The translations under genes and the position numbers were made by a program. A DNA stretch of 64,000 nucleotides from Catajapyx aquilonaris (Eukaryota), in contig KZ538230.1 in the NCBI GenBank assembly GCA_000934665.2, positions 1 through 64,000 on the forward strand, written 5' to 3'. This document shows, one piece after another, positions 39,084 to 52,800 of the stretch (position 1 is the stretch's first letter; each line of letters begins with the position of its first letter). Below the pieces are notes generated by a model, which worked only from the letters and a program-made list of their open reading frames with translations, was not told where the DNA came from and searched no databases.

Positions 39084-40105
39084 ATGAGGTTCAAGAACCT
39101 GAGAACCTGAGCACTAAGCCGCAGGACCTGAGTGTCAACAGCCCACCGCCAAAGACTGTCTCTCCACCACCGTTGGTCAGCCCCCATCCGGTCAAGTACT
39201 ATGAGGCCGACCATCATCCGTTGCTGACCCCACCACCGTATGTGTCCAGCCTGCCACCCCCTACTCTCCTGGCACCCACTCCGCTGTTGCCCAAGAGCAA
39301 TGGGCCTCTGGAGCCCCTCAGTCTGAACCCTACTGCCCCCGGGCCGTACCCAGCCTGGCCCCGGGGTCTCTACCCGCCGTACCTGCCCTTCAACTTCCCA
39401 TACCCAACTCCGACCTACCCACGCCAGGCAGACTACCAGTACCCGCTTTATCCCATCTCTCCTGGCCGCCCTACGGAGCAGCAGCTGTCACCATATGCAC
39501 CACAAGATTCGGTCTCGCCACCGCCTCAGCAGACATCTCTGGAGGGTGACTTCCACCACATCCATGTCACTCCAACCTCAACTCCACCGTCGTCGCCAAC
39601 TCCAGCAGAGGACCTGTCCCAGGTGAAGAAGGCCAGGGCAAAGGATGGAGGTCCCCGGTATGAGTGCACCGACTGCCAAAAGTCATACTCCACCTTCTCT
39701 GGGCTATCCAAGCACCGCCAGTTCCATTGCGTCACGCAGGCCAAGAAGAGTTTCAGCTGCAAGTACTGTGAGAAAGTGTACGTGTCGTTGGGGGCCCTCA
39801 AGATGCACATCCGAACCCACACCCTGCCATGCAAGTGCACCCTCTGCGGGAAGGCCTTCTCCAGACCGTGGCTGCTGCAGGGACATATCCGCACCCACAC
39901 TGGGGAGAAGCCGTTTTCCTGCCCTCATTGCAACCGGGCCTTTGCAGACCGATCCAACCTGAGAGCCCATCTGCAGACGCACTCTGATGTCAAGAAGTAC
40001 AGCTGCAAGACCTGCAGCAAGACCTTCTCCAGGATGTCACTGCTGGTCAAGCATGAGGATGGAGTGTGCCCTGGAGTAATGCAGCTGCCCTCGCCTGGAC
40101 AATAA
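39084..40105 (+). CDS. sna: Snail-family repressor, coding exon 2: CtBP motifs, Pro/Ser-rich region and 5 zinc fingers (spliced protein 371 aa)
   Basis: Reads (D)[30 protein letters not shown] into ORF 39173..40105. Fingers are [97 protein letters not shown] and a terminal C2HC finger [24 protein letters not shown]. This is the Snail rather than Scratch signature. Stop is TAA at 40103-40105. Orthology to sna versus esg versus wor cannot be resolved by eye. Confidence 0.97.
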
Positions 40106-40885
40106 ACTTTTTCCTGGCCTTCCTTCAGCTTCTCACCATAGTGCCATGAACTGTAACTGGAGCTAAGTCAGCATACATGTCAACATTCATTTTTGCCAAA
40201 TGCCTCCATCATGTCAACGAAAAGACTGTATCTCAATAGGGGGTATCGTATGCCTTGAAAAGCACTTATCCAATTTTGTATACATAAATAATGTTTGGAA
40301 CTAGTACAAAAATTCACGAATCATGACATTATGACTTGTAAATTTCATACGAGTATTGTATCTAACTGCAACGTTGTGCCTTACATGGTTATTTTATCCA
40401 AGTTGAGATTGTGGCAGAATTCAGAGTGACTTTCAGCAATATATCAAGATATTTATCAGTGCCAAATGTAGGTTCTGGTAATTGCACTGTGTTACAAAAT
40501 GTTGTTAAAAGGAGTACTGTTAACCTGTGTTCATTTCTCAAGTGTCGTTGCAACAAATATGCTAGCTGATTGTCCTCTTTACACGGCAGTACTTGGCCAT
40601 GTATATGTTCATAGACTGGTTAGATTGTATTTTTTGTAGGATTATTATGTAAGTAGCATAATAGAGAGATAATAGACAAAATATTTTGTCCTCTAAATGC
40701 TAGTCAATGATCACTATAGGGCACTATGTGCCTATCTACATAATCATTTCCTGTATTAAGCTCACTCGATCAAGAAAAGATCATCAAACCATGTAAAAAG
40801 TGCCTTCATTTCATTGCATTTAAAGTTATGAAAAGATTTCTTGTCTTTTTCCATTGTGAATAAAAATATTTCTACCAGTTTCTAA
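40106..40885 (+). other. Putative 3' UTR of the snail-like gene
   Basis: AT-rich sequence after the stop codon with multiple miRNA seed matches, ending near AATAAA at 40859-40864. Confidence 0.65.
40859..40864 (+). terminator. Distal polyadenylation signal AATAAA
   Basis: Canonical hexamer about 755 nt after the stop, at the end of the AT-rich UTR-like segment. Confidence 0.6.
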
Positions 40886-43800
40886 CCAAAGACTTATCTT
40901 CTATCCCCAGCAGCATTTCTTTGCAGGGTAGGCCTACTGGTAATATGGATGAAAAATCTAATTGCCATATCAGGTATACGTAGTATGACCTCGCAAAAGT
41001 GTCCCTCTGAACATCTTACAAAAAAATAGGGAAACCTGGTGCTGCTTTTATACCTTGGGTCAGGAAGGGTCTTATCCTGCTTCATTCATCTTGGGTCCCA
41101 ACCGAGTCTGCACCACCACTATTGAATGTCAGGGGCTGTTTTATTTATCTTCAGGGTACGTGTTTTTTATGGTGACGAAGCGGTTACATTTTTGCCGTTA
41201 GCGGTTGCCTATATTTGTGCCCCTTATCCCTACTTTTCACAAAGATATTGCACCATTATAATCCGCAAAAAACGATATTTTGCACCTAACAGCAATCACT
41301 AATAGTTACTAATCAATATATTATAAATATTTGGTACGCATTGCGTATTAAATACCCCCAATTTTCTACACAGTCATAACACAAAAGTTTTCCCCCGACC
41401 ACGCTAAAAACATTAAAACTGGGGTCGGTTCCCCTAAGCACCTGCCTTTTTGGGGGTAGAAAAAAAAAATTAGTTTTGTATATTTACCCTTATTCCGGCA
41501 GGAAGGGCAATGGGAGTCAAATAATAGTTCTTTCCGTTAACTTCGCCCCTCTTCTGCTACTGACAGTTGGTGACTTGGTATACGCTAGTATCAACCTGTC
41601 CAAATCAGCCGGGTTATCGGGGTTATAGGCACAGGGTGGGGCCTTTAGAGATACCGAATCCCCCAAAACTCACGTGCGCAGATAGACACTGATGACCTGT
41701 CATCTGCTCCGCCTCTTTGTGCGGGTCATCTGTTGCTCACTTTCGTCACCCAGGTGTGACCCATCGGGGGTCACCATATCTTTAGAGGTGATTCAATCGG
41801 ACCTTTTTCAAAAGTGACGTCATATACGCGTATTGGAGTTAGTTCACGAACTGCGCAACTTATTCGTCATGAAGCAACAGTAGATAGTGTCGACGTCATT
41901 GCCCTCCCATGGTGCGCTGTGACTTTGTCGTAAATGACACGAACTCTTGAGTTCACCGCTGTCCATTTAATTTATAACCCCCCTGAGAGCTGTAATTGCC
42001 AAAGTGAAATTTCGCCATCCCTGCCTGCACGGTGCCCTTCATACTCGTGCTTCAGTTATAGGAAGAACGAGCTAACTGTATTACCGTACTTATTTACCAC
42101 CTTCTACCACAAAAATATGCCCCCCCCCCCCCCCTTTTTTTTAAAAAAAAAAGGCAGGTGAACTTGTTAACGTGTGGGTTTGCATCACGAAATTGATCCC
42201 GGAAAGCCTGTAATTACCTCACCCGTCGACTGGAATGGGTTAAGCACTTCGGATGAGAGTTGTGACCAAGCACTATATTTTGCACTATTTTATCAGAGCA
42301 TTCTTGGGCTAGGCGTGGACAAGAAGTCATCCCGGTAACTAATGGCAAGAATGGCATTAACGGGATAGACAGTTCGCGTTTGAAAGACTGGGGTAAAGAT
42401 GGCGATAAGACCAAGAGTGATGGAGAAAAGGGACACCCTGCCTATATAATGTGCTTTCCACGCCCTGCCTTCGGGCTGTCGTGAGGTCAGTACCACGAGC
42501 CAGCATCCATTTCCTACAATGACTATACCCATTCTCAGGTGACAATATTGGACAACTATCGCAGGTGTGGAAATGATCTCAACATGATGATCAAACTAAC
42601 CAAGCATCACTCAAGATGAATTCCTTCATATATTGGTGGTATATTCTGCTTTAGTGAGGCAGATCACGCACTTATCAAGTTTTGCCATCGAAGCGTGCGC
42701 CCTATTAGCTATCACGATTTATGACTTCTGTCCGTCACGTTTTACCCCTGACTAATCTTTATTGAAAGGGTCCTGTTGCTTCACAGTGCACCATTTTTGG
42801 GTCTGTGTTGGCTGCTAAGGTGTTGGCAGGCCAACTTTAAACGGTTTTGGAGAGAAGGTGCATGGTTTGAGGGCATATAAAAATTCTAGGACAGCAGCAG
42901 CAGGAGGTGAGCGAAGGAAGGAAGTCTGAATTTCTGAGGAACAGGTAGCAGTGGTGATGGCTTCGAGGCCTTGCCATGACAGCCCCAGCACCTGTTCGCT
43001 AGTTTCCCCAAAGCAGGCCAGATGGTAACCAAACCGCGTTCTTGGACTACACCTTTACCTACTTCAAAGTTCCTTTGGTGGATCTCTTTTATTCAGGCTG
43101 TATTAAATTGGAATTCGATTGCGAAGGTTGTCTGTACGTTTTAGCAGTTCACTATATTGCACAATAATATACGTAGTTTACAACAAAATGCTGTTTAAGA
43201 CTATTACTCTAATACAAAAAAGGAAATTTCAATACCCATAAAGCTCGAACGGTTGTAAAGAGCAAAACAAAGGTGCCGAAAGGCTCTCGAAATAAGTTTA
43301 TCAAAGGAAACGAATTGTGGGCCATATGGGGGCAAAATCGGGCAGAAATAAAAGAAGGCTCATCTCTCACAACAACTGGCGGCTCGTACAAATTGGGAAG
43401 GTAATCGAGTTTTACTGGCCTTCTTCGAATGTGATTGATTTAGGAAGGTGGCCACGGTTGTGTCAGGTGGGCACCGGAGGGAAAAGATCGGTTGTTTGGT
43501 CGGGCGTAAATTTTCTTTTCCGCCAAAGTGTATATGAAATGTCACAAAAAATAGGTACTGCGTGGGGTTATTTAATGAATTGATGTGAATTGTGGAAGAA
43601 AGTTATACGAATGAGTCATATTCGCTTTATTTGTTTGCAAATTTGGATGGGTTTTTGGTCTATACTGTAAAGGACACGCTTTAGTTACATACCGGTATAT
43701 GATTGTCACTTTTCCCATGAGCATTACTATAGAGTACCTCGAGGTATTATGCTTTGCGCCGTCAGTCTGTCAGTGTTTCAAGTGATTTTGGAAAGCTACA

Positions 43801-46800
43801 TGTGCGTATTTTTATTATTTTGGGGTTGCCAAAAAAATGGGAATAAAAGCAAGTGGACAACGGTATAGTGGACAAAGGTCAATGGCCCATTTCTTGGAAA
43901 TTCGCCTTCCAAGAACCGATCCCAGAAGGGGAAAGAGTTGGGACCTTTTCCTACATAATATTGTAAGGATCCGGCAGTAACCCTTAAAACGTCGAAGAAA
44001 ACGTTGCCAAAGTTATTTGTCACTCACAATCGGTCAGATTTCCAAGAAACCGAGCCAGGACTTCCATCAGACATCGTTGAAAGAGATGTTATAAATGGAA
44101 GCTGTGCTCTGTTAGTAAATCTATATAAAGTAATGCATAACATATTATCTTTATACATGATGTAACTTACTCTTGTGGTCTATAGTCTTTCAGGTTGAAA
44201 ATAATTTTCTGACACCAATTGTGTTTCAGATTGATTATAAATGCCTATTGCAGTAGATAACTTCGCTGTCAAAGGTATATGAAAAGCAGGCTAGAGTTCT
44301 ATTTTATCAAGAATCACTCGATGAAAATTTCTTAAAATTTGACAACAGCGCACAACCCACAAGAGAGCCTCCAAAATTTTACGACACCTCTTCTACAAAT
44401 TAGACGGAGTGTGTTGAATCTCAACTAAGGCGGATCTCGTAAATTGACAAAAACTTCACAGTCACAAGGCTCGTATCGTAAAGTAAAAGCTAACGACATT
44501 CTGAACCTAATATTCAGATCTTGTAATTGCTTCTCCAACCGTGTAGCATCAAAATTAATAACTGCGGCCGCACCACATCTGCATATGGGCAATATATCAC
44601 ATATAACACGCGTGGAGCAATTTACCATCGCGTGGGATAAGAACCGGAAGCTGCAACATACTGACCATGTGTTATATCATGCTACATGGTCCCCATCCCC
44701 CTATGTAATGAATCGAACCTTCGAACAAGTCCGGTGGTCCCTATTTCGACTTTCCAAGTCGGTTACGCCCTTTTCAAGTCATCTCCTGTCCAAAGTAGGT
44801 TCACCTTCTTTTACAAAATCGACCTTTGCTCCGTATGTGTCCCGCTAGAACCTGCGCCAGGAAGAAAAGGCGTCCGCATGCATTGTTCGGAATTCTTTCT
44901 GTATAATTTATCAGTAGGCTAAGCTTCTTTTCCAGATCTACTTGTCGCGAGGACAAGCCGGTTATTTCGCTTCTTAACTGTTTCTTATAGGAAGGTTATA
45001 GTATGATGCTTCTTATTAGTGCAAAGTGTAGAACTGGTCTCGTCCTCATGCATGCCGGCCGGTTCTTCTCCCTGTCACCACCGCCGGATAAGGCGACTCT
45101 CTTGTTTTTGCAAGAATGCCATATTGCATGTTTCACGTGCTGCACATTTGAGTCAGCAGTGCATGAAACTGACCTTAGGAAGCCAAAGTTAATATCGCTT
45201 ACTTTGAAGGAGTAAAGGTTCACGAATATGAATATGTAAATAGCGCTTTGTCCACATTGTGCCTGTGCCTGCATGCCTCCTGCTTGTATTGTCAAAATAA
45301 TACATACGCAATGTAATCATTACAGGAAAGCAAGCATAATTATTGGTTCATAATCCTTGCCGATGCCACATGATATGCTCCAGTATACTGCGTGTATCAG
45401 ACTATGTATACCCTTGCAATAAACAATAGAGAACATAAGTACCGGTATATTAAGGATCCCCTTATTTTCATCCATAAAGACAGTGTTACGCTGATTCCAA
45501 GAAAATTTGAGGGACGATATGTTCAGGTATTCGTTGTACCAGGAGGCAATTGCCACAGAGGTTGTATCAAGTGTAGCCCTTTCCTTCGCACCTGGCAATG
45601 CCTAGATAACAACTGAACAAAAATGTGTAAGAGATTGGTGACGTCGGAGATGTGATTAATATGTCGAGACATTTTTGCCGTAGGCTTTTCTGAAATGTGA
45701 CATGTTCATGCCAGCAAAGCACAAGAGCTAAGAAAACTGTTATTGCGGATAACGCATAGAAATATTAATATCATTATCCCGTCAACTATTTATAATCAAT
45801 TAATCATGAATAATATTTTACAGTAACGCCCACCCACCACACATGCCAAAAAAAATACTCGTACAGGCTCAGTATTCGCATTGCATGCGTATAACATGAA
45901 TTATTTCTCTGCATTGGAAAAAGAACCTTGATGATAGATCCATCCCCCATGTGGCATCATACAGGCCTGGCCTGCACGATAATTGAGATAAATGCCGTTT
46001 AACAAGCTGGAAGCCTAAACCAACCTCATCGAGACAAAGATCGTGCACGTGACAATATCTGACTTGCTATGAGAAATGCTAGTAATTTGTAGCCTACGGG
46101 GTAAACCCCACTCAGCACGGGTAAAGAGCCGTGAATCATGTAACACAGTCCATTCGACACCCATTGTTCCCCGAGGTTATCGACAACCCGGCAGATGATC
46201 CCACGTAACACAGCCCCCACCATTTGTCATCAGTTAAGAGCAAGCACCTGGTCATTTCATATATATAAAAAATCCCCACCCCCAACGATGACCCACCGCG
46301 GGGTGACCTATCATGTCACGTTAGGCACTTTATCCGATTCGTTTCAAATGGCCCCGTCATGTGTAATGCCTCCGCCGTTATAACCACCACTACATCATTG
46401 TCAGGGACATTGCAGGCCACCGGATGACCCCCGCGCCAGGTCAGTGAGTGACAATCACGAGCAGGTAGTTCGAGGCAAATAAAAATTCTCGGTCAAGGTG
46501 CGGTCATGAACCGGACCTCCCGGTTTTTCCATCGCTTTTTCCCTACCTTGAAGAGTTGTTGGCTCGGCAATAAATTTGAGACCTCCCGCGGAAACTTTGT
46601 GGCCGAAATCTTCCGCCCGCTACAGATTTTGCTCTCGGGGGCAGTCATATACCTGGTGAACAATGGGACGAGTACTAGTTTGGTGAGGTGCGTGGATTTT
46701 CGGGTAGAGCCTGGTCGTGACAGGTGAAAAGGCTGGCTCTTGTCGCCTTGTGCCCCTCACGATCTGATGCTGGCCCAACCAGATGCCCATTCTCGATACT

Positions 46801-49800
46801 GTCATTCGGGACGCCGCACGAACAAGACCGAAGGACCCGGAAATGATAGAAGCATGTCTAGAACAGGAGCGACCGCCTTCAATTCGGATTATACTAACTG
46901 GAGCGACAGAATAGAAGGGTTCTGGACCTACATTTATAATGTCCTTAAAAAGCAATTCATCATTTTAAATACGCAATTATTTCTAACGTACTACTAATAA
47001 TAATATTGCACAGCAGTACACTTTGTATTTATTTCAATAGGGCTGTACACTTCCGTGATAGTGCGATACACCACAACCCATTTAGAGAGCACTAGTGGTG
47101 CCGTTTTATGGAGTAGCTCCAATGGTGCGCACAGGTCGCAGGTCAACCCACACCCTGAACAGTGGGCAAGAAACCTGTTATGCTATTCCCATAAAGCCCA
47201 CCGTAATGATAGCCAGGATCCAGATTCAACTTATCAAATAACCCCCCTTTTTAATATAAAAAAGTGGGTTTGAACCTAATACGATCGATGGTATCCAAAC
47301 AAGGGCAGGCCCTACCCCAACTAGCACTGTTAGACTGATGCGCTGTTTTTTAAGGCTCGTTCGATGGGCTGTGTTTCCAGTGGTTGGGCACGGCCACAAG
47401 CTGGCAGGTCTAAAAAACACAAACAGGTAGTAAGGGATGTGGGGCGGGGGAGGTAAAAGAGGAGCCCAAGACAGCAGGTGGAATTGGGGGGAAATTGGGG
47501 GATAAAAAAGTTACTGGTAGGGGAAGGAAATTAAAGGCCTATTGCTCTGGCACGTGGTTGGCAGCACCCTTCCTAAATGCACGCACCCAATGATACCCAT
47601 CATTGACTATTTCTGTACATCCCCAGAAGGATGCAACCTGCATTGCATATTAAATGATATCCTCACGCGGTGTATATCCAATCAGCATGTGTCTTTCCAA
47701 ATTGGCTTCACCCGTGATTGGGTCACCGACCAGCTCTGTTGTCATAGAGTTATACCACCAGGGAAGTTTCCAGCTCATTCCTTCTGCGCCATGTGGAACA
47801 TAGGCTAGCAGGTTTGCAACCTTCAACAGGTGGATATTGGGAGCAGCTCTCTCCTTCTTTTCCTTGGTAGCTGCCATGGCCACTTTGGAAGCCGCTTCTT
47901 GCAGGCTTGTTGTCAAATACCCTATACCTGCCACGACATGTACCTACACTATACCCTTTGCTCCCGAAGCCCAGTTCGCCCCCCCAATCTTCCTGCTCCG
48001 GGTCAATGTCGTGCACAGACTGCATTTGCTCCGGAAAAAAAAACTCGACCGCTTCTTTTTACCACAGTCCACACGCCATTTTATACTCTCAACACGGAAG
48101 ACATGCTATAGTAACTGTCATAGAGAGGAATCCTTGCCAATTTTCGAAGCCGGGACTTCTTTGTTCTGCTGCCTCCACTCTAGATTCTATTCCAAAAGAT
48201 AATGCATAACACATGTCGCTATCGAAAGGGAAGACTAAAATAAAGAGTGTTATCGGCTAACGGGATGCCAAATAAAGAAGCAGGTGAGCTGAGCAGGTGA
48301 CATTCGTGCGTGATTTTCATAATCTGGAGATTACGTGAGTGTAGTGTGCAGCTTATGTCGTATTCCTTTTGTCAGGCAGTGTATCTTACAAGGTGCAGTC
48401 ACAATCACATATAGAGCTTCCAATTGCTCAAACTTGGGCACACTTTTACGAAATGTGGGATACACATCAACTGTTCGCAGTGAGATATGTCGGCACCCGG
48501 TTATCCGCGTCGAATTAATATTTAATTAATATTTTCAAGGGCTGTATTTCAAACACTCGCAGCAACCAATTTATCTACAGTACACGTCATTATTAAGTTC
48601 AGCGGTTAATTACCACGTATTGTTCCCCACCATATGAAATGAGAAAAGGCACGAACCCTGGCGCAAGTAACTCGTTACATGAATGCGATACTTAATCACA
48701 TTCACCGTAAGAGTGCAGATGTCCTGAAAATGATATGAAATTCCATACCACCCCGATTTGACCGAGAGTTACCTGAGGTTGACCCATGGTCGTGAGGATC
48801 TACCTAACCTCATTCATCAGAAGTTAATTAAAGTTTTTGTGTGCGCAAGCAAGAGAGACGTACTAACTACTGCAGACCGAGAGCCCCGAATGCTAATGAG
48901 GTTGCTACTCCTGTTGGCCCTAGCAATTGCGTTGGCACCTACGCACAGTCTCCCATAAATCGCTCTGGAAAGCAAAGTAGCGATTGTCCCAGCGGCCAAA
49001 ACGGCCAGCATAAGATGGAGTGTGTTGGCTTCCTAAAGGGCCAGGGAAACAGGTGCAGCGAGTCACTGCAAGGAAGGTCAAAACTCCTGCGGGTGGGTGC
49101 CAAAAACGAGTTTATTTAGAAGACGACGGTGTATGTATAGCAGCCTAGTGCATCCAGAAATGTAGTCTATTATGTAGGGCGCTATGTAGCAAACAAACAG
49201 GACAAAATAAAGGAAACAGGTGCGTCCGAAAGCCGAGCCAATCACAACTTGCACATTTTACGCTATGCATATTAACCTCCCTTATTCCACAAGTGGTGGA
49301 ACTTCCTCCGTGTCAGAGGCTATTGTCTGCCACTATTTTGCTCTTAATTGTTGAAATGAGTTGTTCCTTACATCGAGATATACACCTGGTAACTGCTGAC
49401 AGCCTCGCCATAACTGCTGTGCCCATTAGCCACCTGAAATTGCTAGCCTCGTTAAGGTGCGACGATTTTTCCAACTCATCGAATTACAAGCAGTACCGAC
49501 TCATGCATTTATGCAACGAGGCAGTGTCGACCTGAGTTTGGATACATGCAGGAAGTCAGTCAGTCGGCGTTCGATTATTAGTCGTGCAAAATGTACCGTT
49601 GCTGGTGATCCGCACTAGCAATGACGAAAGTGTACCGGTGTTGAATTACAATAAGGAGACGAATGACGAGGTCAGAAGACAACGATCTGGGTCCTTCAGT
49701 CACGTATTTTGGATGGAAGCCATTCAACAGCAGCGACTCGTCATTCATGTTGAGTATGGGGGATGCCTCGCCCCATGTTTGGCGCCTAGAACCGCTAGCT

Positions 49801-52800
49801 ACTCTAGTTCTGATGCTTGCTTTATGGGCTCACCTATGACCCTTTCTTCTCGGCCTCTTTGTCAACTCTGCTGTAAGTTCCTGGAACCTGCCCTTCGTTC
49901 GTCCTCTTTTTCTAGGTCGAGGGTATACATGTGAAATAACGACAACCTCACATCTCATTTTTCATCATGGGTGTGGTCACGGTATTCAACTGTTCTCTTG
50001 CATTCCATCTTCATATCTGCTATTCGCAATTTCATGTACCTGCTAATAATGCATCTTTCACGATCTATACTAATAATGATTGCATCCGGGTTGTTAAAAG
50101 GCTTCTAAGCTAGTATACAAAGACAAACATGATCATGTTCTTTGTTCCGTTTTACGACCGCAGGTGAGAACTTCTCGTTCCGAATATGCCAGGGAACAAA
50201 TTGGTCACAGTTTTGGCGCCACTTTATTATTGGCACCAGCGCTATCTCATAGGCGGGGGGTCACAATAAGGCACCTCATAAAACACCGCGATCCATCCTC
50301 AAAAGACGTGAAATTACGTCCCAACTCCTGCTCTCAAAGTGCAGATTAGGGTCTGCTATTTCCGCACTTTGAGAGGTCAAGAGCGGCCACAAATTAACTT
50401 GCAGCCACTTAAATTAACCTGGAAACTGTCGAGCGCACTTCCTGAGACCCGTATGGTTCTTTCTCTCCCCTTTCGAAAACCATCTGCTCTCAAACTTTTT
50501 TTTATTGTTTTAAAACTACAGGCCTAACCCACCAGCAGAGGTACACAATGGAAAAGTGGGTCTTTCAGCAAAATTCCTGGTTTCAGGACACATTCATGGA
50601 ATTTACGAGCTTCTGCCGGCGAAATAATAACACTGTTGTAACATAGAGTTTCCCAATATTTGGTCACCCAGCTGATTGGTTGGGAACTTTTAGGCTGGGA
50701 AAAGAAGCATCTCAGGGAAGACCTGATGGAGTGTAAAATGACCATCCGAAAAGGTGGCCTTTTGCAGTCTTTTCATGGACAAAAGACGTGGAGGTGGTGC
50801 TTCTCTTTCTTTCTATCCTTCCCCTGCAAGATTATCCCCGGCACTTTTCATACCCTAGGTTGACTGAAAAGAAAACCAACGGGCAGGTACAAAGTTGTTC
50901 GGCAGAAGAAAAGCCCCATCTTGTCTTTGGAATCTGCGGAAGAGAAGGACCTATGGGCGCACCTTCTATGAACCAAGCTCTCCAGCAAAAGAAAAGGAAG
51001 GCCCTCGCCTACTTTCAGACCGGCCTTCTTCTAGAAATTGGAGCTTTGGATGAAAAGCACTAAGTTTTTCTTACATAAATTCTTCTGGAACGGGTCAATG
51101 GAAAATATGCTGGAATGCAAGTATTTTGCTTTAGTGTTTGTACTGTTATGCTGCATTGAGTTGCTTATATTGGGCAGAATATTTTAAAAACCATAATGAA
51201 ATGTGGTTTGCCAGTTGCATAATTTGCAGGCTCATAAAATAGGTCACACCAAAACCCTGGTGGTGTAAGGGCCATAATGTGTCGTTAAATGTCCAACTTT
51301 GGACCTTGCACTTGAGGCAGCCGAGCGAGGGTTCTGGGTCATATAAGAATGAACCTGTCCCACGGCCGGAACAGGTGTACAAAAGGGGATGGGTCCCTTT
51401 TCCTTTTTGGCAACCTTTACCTTCCTTCTGAATAGATTGGAAACAGAGGTCCCTGCTGGTCCCGGTTGACCTTACCCGTCTCCCTCCTTTTTCCATGGCT
51501 GCCGTATATATTGCACCTTGGACCATCCTTCCCAAGCCCATCACCTCTTCCCAATGGAATTCCCATCCCATCACATCCCATATCCCAGTGACCCTGGCCT
51601 TTGACCGCCCAACCGGGTAGCGGGAAAACGCTTCCAATCCCACGCCCAAAATCCCCTCAACCCAACCTGATCATCGCAGGTCCTTATAGTGTAATTTTTT
51701 TTGCTTGCGGTTGATCTTGTAGCGAGCAAAAAATTAAACTACGCGAAGACCTGCGAGTTTGAGTAAAATAGTAATTAAAACTACCGTTTGTTACGGTGAT
51801 AAAAATTGGCGCCACTTTTCGTATAGACTATATCCGTATTCAATAAAGTGTAATAATTACGTGCAATTGACATGTTTCAATGCTGTCATGACTGAAGATG
51901 ACATCATGTATCGAAACTGCAAATTACACCTTTACGTTGTTTTAAATGCTAAATCGGGTCAATAGATCGCGATTGCATGTATGTAAATTAAGCGACATCT
52001 TCATGGCGCGGAGCTGAAAGGCCCACCTGCTGAGACATGACACAGTCTGTATCCTCTCCAACAACAGCAAGTGACATCTTCAATAAATTATGCACAATCA
52101 TAATCGGTAGACATTTTCTTTCAATTTGGCTTTGATAAAACCGATCATAAGTATTCCATCAGTTATTCATGGTGCAAGAGGGGGAGTAAAAAATTGTTAC
52201 GCATACAGTATCTCCACATATATTTTTTGCAGATATATGATCAGTTAAAGTACTTAAGGAATAATAAGGTACGCTAAGCAGAGTCTATACAAAAAAGTGG
52301 TCAAATTAAGATTGTAAACCTCCCCTTCGGTTTCCCCAGGCCGCTTCACCTCTTTCAAACCACCTGTGACCCTCATTATCTTGACCCTCACGCCCGCACA
52401 TCCTATCTGTTCGTTCCACAAGGTCGCCGACAGCTACAAGAATGCCACAGCACACGCCTGGTAACATGCCATGCCTCCTCAAGGTGCAAGGACTTTTTTT
52501 TACGATGCCCATAAACACTTATTAATACCTGACCCCACGATTTAATAACTCCCCCTAACTCAGAATCGTATGAATTTCACGCTCCAACAAATATTTCTCA
52601 TACCCTATTAAGTAGGAATCAATGAAGAGGAACATTTTCTGGAAGTTCTCACCCACTTGGTGGGAAAGTCAATCCCCCTTAACATAGGTTCAACAGAAAT
52701 GTCGATTTGTCGGATGACTTCATATAGTCAATAGCAATACATACCGCTTGATTATAGTTATTTAGAACTCCCCCATCCCCTACTCTGGCGTCAACCCAAA

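Noticed and set aside
39526..39982. Overlapping and antisense ORFs within the zinc-finger exon
   Set aside because: These are shadows of GC-rich coding sequence with no recognisable motifs.
39173..40105. ORF-track 310-aa ORF starting at TTG as the complete gene
   Set aside because: The TTG is an internal Leu. The frame is open back to the acceptor at 39083/39084 and splices to the SNAG exon.
7649..47430. Zelda-type CAGGTAG sites
   Set aside because: I counted about 7, close to chance expectation, and none is at the promoter.
52646..52666. Su(H) paired site (TTCTCAC...GTGGGAA)
   Set aside because: Orientation and spacing do not match the head-to-head 15-17 bp SPS architecture.
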